Source: Octopus vulgaris (Eukaryota). Taken from it: a stretch of DNA of 64,000 nt. Below the pieces are notes generated by a model. That model saw only the letters and a program-made list of their open reading frames with translations, had not been told where the DNA came from and did not search any database. The stretch covers positions 98,580,001 through 98,644,000 of the forward strand of contig OX597816.1 of NCBI GenBank assembly GCA_951406725.2, read 5' to 3'. The translations under genes and the position numbers were made by a program. How positions within the stretch are numbered: the first letter of the stretch is position 1; every line of letters begins with the position of its first letter. Positions 29,178-40,727 of the stretch are shown here, in pieces.

Positions 29178-29678
29178 AATATTCTATAATTATAAACATA
29201 TATAATTCTATAATTATAATTAAGGGTCAGCTAATTGCTTAAGCACGTACCGAATTTAGAAAAAAGAGTTAAAAATTCCTTTTCTACTACTGTAAGAATC
29301 TCCACGACAGTAACACACTTTTTTACATAGGCAAAGAGAAAAACAATGAATCAACACGACTCCGATTAGCCACAGACTATGGTTAAATATGCATATTTGA
29401 CCATAGCACTTTCAAATCTTATAACTGGGAATGCTACAATGAAGAGAGAAGTAAGTAATTTAAAACACTTTAATCTCGAAACGCGTTTGTGTCTAATCGG
29501 TGTCGTGTTGATTCATTGTTTTTCTCTTTGCCTACTTAAAAAAGTGTGCTATTGTTGTGCAGATTCTTACAGTAGTAGAAAAGGAATTTTTAACTCCTAT
29601 TTCTAAATTTGGTATGTGGTGAAGCAATTAGCCGACCCCTAATTATAATTATATTCCTAATTATAGAATATTTGTATA
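29172..29678. repeat. ~500 bp foldback element with ~200 bp inverted arms, between (TA)n tracts
   Basis: 29172-29377 is a diverged reverse complement of 29485-29678. Junction hairpin at 29377-29406. The unit continues to (TA)n near 29794. Confidence 0.92.
29435..29491 (+). ncRNA. Minimal type I hammerhead ribozyme motif
   Basis: taca-ATGAAGA-gaga...tctc-GAAA-cgcg-TT-tgtg with palindromic stem III ACGCGT. The inverted copy has GTC at the cleavage triplet. C3>A substitution. Confidence 0.65.
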
Positions 29679-29790
29679 ATTTTACCTATAAAAGTTATTC
29701 TAACATATCGATCTACTTGGTAAAATTATTGATTAATCGATTGATTAATTAATAAATTTAATAAATTCTACCCTTTTATAATTAATTTAG

Positions 29791-29830
<40 letters not shown>

Positions 29831-30534
29831 TTAACCTCCTTGGTCCATGCTCGTACAAGTTGGACAGTTTGATAGGATCCGATGAAATGATGGACAATAT
29901 AATTTCCAATGAATGCTTTCCCATGGTTTGTAAGGATAGCCTTACTTACAGTAACCCATTTACAGTGAGAAGACATATGAAATGAATATACAATGTGAAA
30001 TTTAAAATACAGCTATGTGACGCTGAATTAGTGTATAGCAACACGTAAGTATTAATATCGTGAGCCAATATGTTGCCAGTAATATAACGTCACTGTAATG
30101 TTCCAAAATATACCTCACACAACCTCAAGAGGCTTTACCAGTTTATACGAATTATTATACACTCTCTAAACTTGTTAAAGTCTCATGACTGGAATTAATG
30201 GGAGATGTATCGATACAAGAATCTCTAGTTTAAGCTGGTTAAATTTACAGACAACGCAAGCGACACAGTTTAAATTTTTTCCAAGATGGACTTGTAAATA
30301 ATTGTGAAGCCCGATACATTTTCGACAAATCCTTAAAACAGTCTATGAATAAGTACAATTTATGAATATTTAACTATATGATGCCAGCATATATTCATGT
30401 ATGTACATATATGTACGCGTGCGTCTGCGTGTGCATGATGTATACATACATATGCCTACATACATATACATATATACATTTATACAAACACACGTAGTTA
30501 TATATATATATACATATACACATGTATGTACTTG

Positions 30535-30574
<40 letters not shown>

Positions 30575-30659
30575 TACACACAAGTACATACATGTGTATA
30601 TGTATATATATATTTACATACGTATACATACAAACATACGTAAATACATGTATGCATAC

Positions 30660-30810
30660 GCAAGCGTGGTTGAACACTGAGGAGTCTGATTCATAATCAC
30701 AGGATTCTGTACCAGTGTCTCACTGCTTAGGAACTTACGCTTAATCTTCTACTGTAGCCGACCATTCTTACGAGGAAATTTTATAGACGGAAACAGAAAG
30801 AAGCCCGTCA
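30660..30810 (+). mobile_element. SINE 5' portion, decayed
   Basis: Ends in tagacggaaacagaaagaagcccgtc, like 20551-20715. Confidence 0.6.
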
Positions 30811-32345
30811 TGTGTTTGTGTGTGTGTCTGTGCATGTTTGTGTGTATGAGTGTGTTTTTGTTCACACTTGCTTGTATGAGGGAGCGTTTTTATGTGTGTT
30901 TACGCATTTGTTTGTTTCAAATTCTTTATCATACTTCGCCGTCACACGCTAACATATTCAAAATACACGTAGCATTGTGAACTCATATAAATGAGCCTCT
31001 GTACTAGCAAGTTTTTTGTATTGATTTTTAACAGTGTTACTCTTTCGAATAATAGGAAAAGCAAGTGGCAACATCTTTCTGACATCATTTTATTTCATTT
31101 GTTTCGCTCTTTTTGTGTACTTTTTAGAAGATTCTTTAGACTTTTTCTTGCTTCTTTCAGTTTACATTTTGGAATATATTTAAATGTCTCATAGGTTTTA
31201 GATTTTACAATTTCACCTGACCTACTACTAAAATTGAGGTAATTTCCGAAATGGGGAACTAATCAGTGAGACGTCATTTTTGAAATCGTACAATTAGAAA
31301 GTGTAAAAGCTTCAATGAGTGTATTTATATTTTGTTATCGATTTATTTCGGCTGCCTTTTGCTTTTTAATTCTGCTTGCCACGTATTAGAAATGGAAAAA
31401 TAGAATTTGGTTTAAAACTACATTCCATTCATGGAATAAAATAAAAATGCAAAAGCCATTCTGCTAAACCATAATAATAACATTGTGTTTAAATGGGTAA
31501 TTGAAAATAAAAGAATGCAACGAAATGTAAACATGAAAATAACTTTGAAAATTCGAAACATAAATTTTGTTTATAGAAATGAGAAATAATTTTAAAAGCA
31601 CGAATGCATATTTAAAAGCATTAATAATTATTCAATCAGTGAATTAGTTATATGCTTGATCCAGTCTTTGGCTTTCAAACTATACATTTATATGGAAATC
31701 CGACCACCTTTAATTGTTTAGGGTCAAAGCTTGTCACCTCTCATTTCACAGTTCGTTTAGTAAAAGATGAATAATTCCATTGAATCTATTTAGTCATTGT
31801 CCTTTCCGTATTTACCTAATATGTTTTAAACTTAGAGACGCGTTTCATCAAATGCACATTTTCCTTTCGACTTTCAATTCCGTGTCTCATATTGCAGATT
31901 CGATATGAAATCTGCAAGTAAAGACGCCAATTTCATCACTGCTAAAACGTGCGCTTCTAGGTTTATACTATTTTTATTATTTTTTAAACCTTAGCAACTG
32001 TGTCTAATTTATATACAATAAATCTCTAGATGTTTGATAATATCTGTTATCTCAATATCTTTACAGATCAAATACAGTTACACGAGTTTATGATTCTTTC
32101 TTGGTTGTGAACACAAATTTCGAAATGAATATTTCGTATTGCTCAGTTTGATTCTTAATCAGGATTATGAACTTTTATTTCTAAATGCATTTTGGAGCGT
32201 AATATAGCAAAGAATTACAAAAATATATTTCATCTCTAAAGAAAAAATCGACAGATGAGAGAATAATCTTATTAATTTAGACATTACCAACTTCATTTAT
32301 CTAGTGTATGCGAGGTAGGGTCCCGAGTAAAATCCTTACATGATG

Positions 32346-32493
32346 CCGAGTGTTAAAGAACACCTGAATATCACAGAACGGATGTGACAAATTACCTCAG
32401 AATCATCGAGAATAAGATTTCTATCACTTTAGATGATTCAAAGGCTAGATTCCTTGCTTTGTCTATGACTTTCAGATGTTCTTTAACACTCGG
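32346..32493. repeat. Old imperfect inverted repeat (MITE/foldback-like)
   Basis: ccgagtgttaaagaacacctgaa pairs with ttcagatgttctttaacactcgg. Inner gaatcatc pairs with gatgattc. Confidence 0.8.
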
Positions 32494-34950
32494 AATTCTG
32501 TAGTGAGTTTTTCTACGGCGCTATCCTGCAGTAAATTCGGCGTATAAACAAAACACATAAAATATGTATGTGTAATCGATAATTTTTACAGTACTTGAAT
32601 TGCTTTCAATTCGTAATTTTATCTCATTAATATTTCATCTGAGATACTCAAAACTTAAAGAAATTACATGGCTTACTAAATAAAAATATAATTTTATTTT
32701 AAAAACGACCACATTATATATTAGTAATAACATATCGCATTATTAGATATAGTGTTATTAGTTTGTTGTGGAGAAAAGGGTGAGAAATAATGTTATTCAT
32801 TGATTTCCATGCAGTGTCATCAGTTTAAATGATGTTATTTGAGGTCATTCGAGAATATATATTGCGCAGCAGACACAAGTGGCCAAGAACTCATTCCTTG
32901 CAAAAAAATCCTTCTGTGCTGTATTTATAGTAAAATATATTGCGTTTGATAATTTTGTAAGCTTCCATAGAGAGTTACATAATTTAGAACATGTGTAAAA
33001 TTTAAATAGTCGCCTTTAATTTTCAAATACAATCAATAATTTGAAAATTTCGATTTAAAAATTCAAATCATGAATAGTTTCATCGCATCATCTCTTTATC
33101 TCATTAGCAATTCAAACTTCCGATCGTAGCAGAATGGAATTTTATAAGAGTTAATTAAACTTAATGTATAAATCATTGTAAGTAAATAAGCAGAATTAAC
33201 ATAGAATATAAATACATTTCTTATAGTAATTGGAGCGGTCGAACCGTCCAGTTGGCTGATTGAAAACGTTGTTTATTTAGTAAATAAAGTATCCTTTGTG
33301 TCTACTCCGATCCTGCGTAACACCGGCTTTGAGATTGAAGACATTTAACGTTCTAGTAAACAGATAAAACTACAAAGTAATACATAAACATGTGAGCACG
33401 CGCACACACACTCATATACACACACGCACCTGCACACATACATGAATTTAATGATGCAAATCTTTGCCTGATTATAAACAGAGTGAGACTCTTGTACGCA
33501 GTTGAGTTAATATACGGTATAGCAATGTTAATCAAGCAGAGTAACAGCAAAATGCAGTGGAACAACAGGCCTGACTGCCAAATGTTTGTCTTAACGCAAC
33601 AATAGACGCGACTAGATTTGTCTTTTGCAATATGTTTTTGCAGAATGAGTTCCTATGCAAGGCATTCTCACTCTACAGTAAAAATTGTAAAATATATGTT
33701 ATAATCCATTTCATAATTATATGCTGCAATCAAACTATTGACAGTGACCAGAAATAAAACGAAAATCTTTGCTCCTCATATAGGTTAACACTATTGAATC
33801 ATTTGCATGTCACGTCGAAGCAGTAACAATGCGTGAACAGTGTAGGCGTTCTGGTGTGGAAGGCTGAAGTAAAATATTTTCTCGGAAACTAAGGTAAATA
33901 AGGAATAATATTCATGAACATATTTCCAATTATAACTTGAAAGCAATGGAACCAACCGGGTTTCTGTCGGTCACATACTAGTAACTGATTCTCAAAGTGT
34001 TACAAAATATTAAGTAACAAGTTATATGGAAAGGGCCACGTGGAGTTGTCCCAAATCGCCGTATGGCTATTATCATCCATACAAAACCAAAAGGAAGTAT
34101 TCTTTCGTAAAATTAATTAAGGACACGGTGTTATTAATTTTAAGTAACGGCATTATGAATAGGAATGATTCATGAGACAAAATCTGTTGTGCCATGATGA
34201 TTTATTCTCAACAAAATGCCGGTTAATAAGGTTGTATAGTTCATGTTCAGTCACTCAAATATACGTTTGAGATCCTTATAAAACACCATGTGTTTTTCAT
34301 TCAAAATTGACATCTCAGATGTATACCTTTCAAGCAAATATGTCAGGTTTTACAACTGTCTATTAATTATTTAGAAAATCGCCAAGGGATGTATAAAGTA
34401 AGGAAAGAAATTATTCAGCCATTCGGTCGCTGTGATTTTCGTTTCAATTTACATTTCAATTAAAATAGAAGAGAACAATTTTACAAATTGTGTTGGATAG
34501 CAAATATAAGTCAAATATCGATTGCTTACTTCAGCAAAATGCCAGAAAATAATTTAAATATATAAGTAATTAGACGTTTTCTGTAATAAGAATGTAATTT
34601 GACAAAATAATAAAAATACATAAACATCATCATCAGGTACTACTACCATCGCTGAAAGCATCAAAGTTCACAGATATGAGTCATTGATTATTGCAATTCA
34701 TACAATTCGTCTTTAACGGGAAATAATTATCTTCCTTGCACCAAAGTGAGAAACAATTTTTGAAGTACGCTCCTGCTGTGCAAGGAATATTCCATTACTC
34801 CAAATACTTCTGAAATAAAAAAAAAAGCAGAAAATGTGATCTTTTAATTTGAACTCATAATTCTAATATAAGCGCATGTATGTGTGTGTATGTGTGTGTG
34901 CATATGTATGTGTGATTGAGCGCGCGCACATTTGTGTGTGTTGTTGTTCT

Positions 34951-35270
34951 TCACGTCATTGCTGCCGTAGTGATTGATGCTACTGTTCCTGTTACTGTCG
35001 TTGTTGTGTGGCTGTTCTTCTTGTCACTAGGTCGAAGTTCGTTGTTGTCGCCGTGGTGGTTACTGTTGCTTTTAATGTGCTGATCGTTATCACTAGTTCG
35101 TGGGCTATTTTCTGTGTTAGTTCTGCTATTTTGTGTCCTTACGGTTCTCAGATTTGCTAGTGGGCGGGTTTTGTAGTTTATAATATCAACCGGTTCCATG
35201 GCTTCGCTTCTGTGCTCGTTTGTGGGACAAACGATCATCGATTCCATCTCCTTCAAACATGCAACAAAAA
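34951..35270 (-). CDS. Possible coding exon of an unidentified host gene (low-complexity S/T/N-rich)
   Basis: Acceptor-like aatatttcag at 35271-35280, then about 105 open codons (KEMESMIVCPTNEHRSEAMEP...TTTTVTGTVASITTAAMT*). GC content is higher than the flanks. No recognisable domain. Confidence 0.25.
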
Positions 35271-35619
35271 CTGAAATATTGCTTGCACGGCTGTGACAAA
35301 ACTTCATGAGAAAAATTAAAGATGCTGGAGATGAAGATAAGACTAGAAGAGCTTGCCGTTTGACAACTGTATAGTGTAACTGTAAAAAATGGCGGAAATA
35401 AAAATAGGCAAATATTGACCAGCGCACTAATTTGGATAACGCTTATTTCTGAACAGAATGCTGAACTTGCTATGGTTGCAGTCAGAGAAACAATCAACAA
35501 ATAAGTTGTTATACAGAAATAATTTTCTCTCACATTCGATTCGAAACAGAGTGAATTCTAAGTTTAGGTTGTACAACAACTCCATTGTGAAAACTACGAA
35601 AGGATAAAAGACGACCTCG

Positions 35620-35901
<282 letters not shown>

Positions 35902-35902
35902 G

Positions 35903-36535
35903 GAGAGCGAATAACAGATATGCGGAAAAAGAGGAGAAATTAGACCTGCTAAAGAACGCCAAGGACACCTGAATAGATATGACACAGAATTTGAGGTGAA
36001 TAATAAATAGAAGATCATTGAAGTAAAAGAAGATATGAGAGAACTCAGAATGACTAAGTTTACATAAATGATCAGTAGAGAACCGCCACCTAATCTCTCA
36101 AACAACATAAAAAATCTACAACATAACATTAATATATATACTATTGCTCTTAGACCTTTAGAAATAAGGGAAGTGACCTAACAACCTTAAATAACCACAT
36201 CTTTTCCTCAGCTAAAGTTGTAACTGTTCAATTAGGTACCTGGACGGCAGAGAAAATGGCCAACCTTGTCAATAAACTTTCTAAGTGTAATGTAGCAATA
36301 AAAAAGAGATCGAATTTTTGCGGGCGGATGTATCAGTTCTCGATGAACTTGCTAGCGGAGTAAATGCTAAAACGAAACAAGCTAGAGAAATGAAACAAAA
36401 ATATAAAACCAAAGATTTTATAAACGTTCCTAGAACGAAGGAGCTAGTGAAACAACGAATACAACTGAAAGCCCAACGGCTCAGAAGGTATGACAGAAGA
36501 ATCAAATTTTAGCGACAAAACAAGGTATTCGGCAG
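35903..36535 (+). mobile_element. R4/Dong-clade non-LTR retrotransposon fragment (pre-RT region)
   Basis: ELVKQRIQLKAQRLRRYDRRIKF*RQNKVF resembles the conserved R4/Dong motif. It lies next to (TAA)n, the known Dong target. Confidence 0.7.
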
Positions 36536-36582
36536 AGAATACGATGGATGCTTGTAAATATTTCATTTATTTATTATCGTAT

Positions 36583-36641
36583 TCTCTGCTGACGAGTGGA
36601 AAAATCCGTTGGATCAATCCCGAAATTTATCAATACAGAGA
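36583..36641 (+). ncRNA. Type I hammerhead ribozyme with an intact core
   Basis: tctctg-CTGACGA-gtgga(aaaatccgttggatcaa)tccc-GAA-ATT tatc AAT-A-cagaga. 6-bp stem I, stem II, 3-bp stem III, AUA cleavage triplet. Confidence 0.75.
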
Positions 36642-36716
36642 TAATGTATTTTAATATGCTGGCCACTTGATTAAAATGTTTGTAAAAGCTTCATCCTATA
36701 TTAGAAGTAAATTGTC

Positions 36717-36758
<42 letters not shown>

Positions 36759-37111
36759 ATTTAAAATCTTCATAAGAATTTATCAAGTAGACAACGTAAA
36801 AAGACGTCATAAGGGAAAAGTTAAATATTTCTCAGGCTACGAGGGACACTGAAAATCAAAACTGCCATAATACACACATTTTACCGAACACGTTGGAATG
36901 CAACTCTCGAAGCGAGCCCCTTGAAAACAGATTCAGCCGCAAATCATATGATTTCGCCGTCAGTGCAGGCATAATCAAGACACCAAGAACATGAAAAAAA
37001 AAATCAACATACCAGACAAACACCAAATGTATCCCGTATAGTACATAGAGTTGTTCACTCATTTTATATCTATGTAAGAGGCGGGCTTTTCGAATTGCAT
37101 CTCGGTTCACG

Positions 37112-37163
<52 letters not shown>

Positions 37164-37175
37164 CATCTATCTATG

Positions 37176-37245
<70 letters not shown>

Positions 37246-37268
37246 TACATATATATATATACATACAT

Positions 37269-37319
<51 letters not shown>

Positions 37320-37385
37320 TATATTAAATTAGAGATAAAACCACTATTAGGCAAATCAAACATTGAAAAACATAAACCAAAACTT

Positions 37386-37430
<45 letters not shown>

Positions 37431-37462
37431 AATGGATAAATAGATAGATAAATAGGATAGAC

Positions 37463-37557
<95 letters not shown>
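37112..37557. repeat. Compound (TATC)n/(TA)n and (GA)n/(GATA)n microsatellites
   Basis: Direct observation. Confidence 0.95.
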
Positions 37558-37559
<2 letters not shown>

Positions 37560-38303
37560 TTTAATTAAGGCGGTAGCGTGACCAAAATGTAGGAAGGTTT
37601 AAGTAATCACATACATTAGCTTATAACATTTTCCTTACTGAGTCCGGATCTCTTTTACAACATTCTGGCTTCTTTGGAGACTCCAAAATAACTCTGAAGA
37701 CGTTATAGGCTCTGTCATATTCACTCAGTTTTCATTGCGCTGCCTTTTATGACAGAAACAGCTGTAAGCTGTTGAAGGTGATTAAGTAACCTTCGTTTAT
37801 TTACCATTTATTAATTGAGTTTGCACCGCTTGCTCTCCCTCCTCTTAAGCATCAACATATACTGTTCTAACAACTAGTTATTATTATTGCTGTGCATAAG
37901 GAAAACATACTACAGGTATACATACTTATATATATATATGTATACTAACACATATCCATATATGTATACATATATGCATGCATATATACATTCATAAATG
38001 CGTTTATACCTAGATGCACATCTGAATATATTTTTGTGATTATCTATGTGGACAACTGTATAAATATAACTACATTTAAAAGTATAAGTTTTCAGAACTG
38101 AAATATATATGAAAAATGATGAAAGCATAATCATGTATTTCTACAGACAACATTAGACCGCATATTTATTTTGTTCTTTCTATGACTAATCCTTAGCAAC
38201 TATCAGCATTTCTTTTCAGCTGCTGAAGCTGAAGGAGAAATATTCTCCGATACAAGCAAAGCCACATATTCAGGTTCGAGTCCTCGACTAACAGCTATTT
38301 TTT

Positions 38304-38546
38304 TAATAATTACATTACTTTAGTTTTACCTCGTTTACCACTCACTATACTTACTAAACATAATTCAATTGTTATTGCTTAGCTCTAACTTTTATTGCTA
38401 TTGCTATTTCTAAATTTCCTAGCTATTATCTAAATAATAATTACATTACTTTAGTTATACCTCGTTTACCACTCACTATACTTACTATACTTAACTCAAT
38501 ATAGCAAGTGGTAAACGAGGAATAACTAAAGTAATGTAATTATTAT
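38304..38546. repeat. Direct duplication plus an inverted third copy of a ~40-65 bp unit
   Basis: aataattacattactttagtt.tacctcgtttaccactcactatac occurs at about 38305 and 38435. Its reverse complement agtggtaaacgagg..aactaaagtaatgtaattatt is at about 38507-38545. Confidence 0.88.
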
Positions 38547-38634
38547 AAACTTCCACAAACGATCTTGCTCTGATTTGTGCCTTGGAAGGTAACTTTCTAG
38601 ATGCAATCTCCTGGTGATTCAAGACCGAAGGAGG

Positions 38635-38682
<48 letters not shown>

Positions 38683-38688
<6 letters not shown>

Positions 38689-38799
38689 TTTATAGAAGGA
38701 GCTTCTACAGGACTAGAACTGTTTCATTCAAAAGAAATCATCAGGAGCTTTTGAATGAAACAGTTCTAGTCCTGTAGAAGCTCCTTCTATAAAATAAAT
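38683..38799. repeat. Perfect 52-bp inverted repeat with a 13-nt loop, inserted in (TA)n
   Basis: 38683-38734 is the exact reverse complement of 38748-38799. The unit continues to (TA)n at about 38868. Confidence 0.97.
38700..38749 (-). ncRNA. Type I hammerhead ribozyme motif
   Basis: Minus strand reads agctc-CTGATGA-tttc tttt gaat-GAA-ACAG ttctagtc CTGT-A-gaagct. Intact core, 4-bp stem III, GUA triplet, stem I with one bulge. Confidence 0.72.
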
Positions 38800-38864
38800 T
38801 AATTTACTCTGCTATGTATTGAGTACCTTATTTACTGTGGTTAACCCCGACTCAACCCGGGACC

Positions 38865-38967
<103 letters not shown>

Positions 38968-39029
38968 CATACATATATTTGCTATGTATACATACGTATA
39001 CATAACTATATATGTATACATGTATATTT

Positions 39030-39390
39030 TTTTACTTGTGTCAGTCATTTGACTGCGGACATGGTGGAGAACGCTCTTTAGTCGAACTAATCGACCCCGG
39101 TACTTGTTCTTTGTAAGCCCAGTACTTATTCTATCGTTTGCTTTTGACGGACCGCTAAGTTACGGGGACATAAACACACCAATATCCGTTGTCAAGCGAT
39201 GGTGGAGGACAAACACAGACATACAAATACATATATATATATGTATACGTCGGGATTCTTTCAGGTTTTTTTCTAAATCCACTTACAAAGCCTTCGTCAG
39301 ACCGAGGCTATAGTAGGCGACACTTGCCCAAGGTGCCACGCAGTGGGACTGAACCGAGAGCCATGTAGTTGGGACGCAAACTTGTTACCA
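39030..39390 (-). mobile_element. tRNA-related SINE, near full length, with a LINE-like 3' tail
   Basis: Minus strand has ggttcagtcccactgcgtggcaccttgggcaagtg, and the 3' end is ctccaccatgtccgcagtcaaatgactgacacaagtaaa. Confidence 0.85.
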
Positions 39391-39436
39391 TCACTTGACA
39401 ACCGATATTGGTGTGTTTATTTTCCTGTAAATTATA

Positions 39437-40727
39437 CGAGGGGCGTTCAATAAGTAATGCCCCTGACCCACTTCCCATAGCAGGAGAGCAACGAAACTTG
39501 GCACAGGTATTAGTCTTTTTCTACATAGGAAGAACCCAGAGGTACGCATTTCTCCCATCGTTTGATGCAGTTCTGGAGACCGTTTTCGTAGAAGACCCCA
39601 GCTTGGACCTCCAACCACGAAGTGACTTCAGAAATCAAGGCTGCATCATCTGGGAAACGCTTTCCTTTCAAAAACAACTTCATGGCTGGGAAGAGGTGAA
39701 AATCAGAGGGTGCAAGGTCAGGAGAGTAGGGGGATGGGGGAAGAGTTCATAGCCACACGCCTGTGCTTCTGATTTGGCGACACGCGAGTTGTGGACCGGA
39801 GCGTTGTCCTGCAGGAGGAGGATGCCTTTGCTGATCTTGCCCCGCCTCTTGGTTTCGATAGATTCTCTTAATTTCCTCAAAAGTGAAGCATAATAGGCTC
39901 CTGTAATTGTGGTACCCTTTGCCAGGAAATCTGTCATCACTACTCCGTCCTGGTCCCAGAAGACTGTGAGCATGACCTTGCCAGCGGAGGGCTGCCCCCT
40001 TGCCTTCTTTGGAGGAGGTGAGTCATGGTGCTTCCACTGCATTGACTGGGCTTTGGTCTATGGATCATAGTGATGGACCCAGGTCTCATCCTGTGTAATC
40101 AGTCTTTTGAAAAATTTTGACTCATCTTCTTGGCACATTCCTAAATTCTTGCTTCTGGAATTCTTGCGTTCTTGCTTCTGGAAAAGTGTGAGCAACCTGG
40201 AAATCCATCTGGCAGACACCTTTTGCATATGCAAATGGTCATGAATGATAGTTTCCACAGACCCGGTACTAATCTTGACCTCATGGGCTATTTGGCGAAT
40301 AGTTATGCGTCGATCTTCCAAAATGGCAGCCTCAACTTGACGGACAGATGCCTCATCAATGGCAGAAGGGGTGCGACCAGATCTGGGAGCTGTTTCCACA
40401 GAGTTCCGACCATGTTTGAATTCACGATGCCAGCGTTTTATAAGGTCATATGATGGGGCATCATCACCATAAGTTACTTTCATTTCATTAAAAGTCTCTT
40501 GTGGTGTGCGTCATTTCAAATACAAAACCGGATCACTGCTCGACACTCAACATGCTCCATTTCACACTTGACTCATTTCAAACACCTGTAAATCAGAAAC
40601 CACAATTAGTTCGGAGCTGTAATTTGCCACTTAATATATAGAGGTATCGATAATTGCACATGCAAAATTTCAGCTAGATCAAACAAAGGCAAGTGGGTCA
40701 GAGGCATTACTTATTGAACGCTCCTCG
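39437..40727 (-). mobile_element. Full-length mariner DNA transposon (1291 bp; TIR resembles the Hsmar2/irritans type)
   Basis: TIRs cgaggggcgttcaataagtaatgcccctgacccactt and aagtgggtcagaggcattacttattgaacgctcctcg. TA target duplication on both sides. Confidence 0.96.
39510..40560 (-). pseudogene. Mariner DD34D transposase, disrupted
   Basis: MEHVECRAVIRF start, WISRLL (WVPHEL-like), QDETWVHHYDP*, QDNAPVH, frameshifted HPP-YSPDL region, ending YVEKD*. Stops and frameshifts are present. Confidence 0.93.

Noticed and set aside
32790-32830. Minus-strand CTGATGA-cactgcatg-GAAA
   Set aside because: Only a 2-bp stem II, with no stem I or III pairing. Likely chance.
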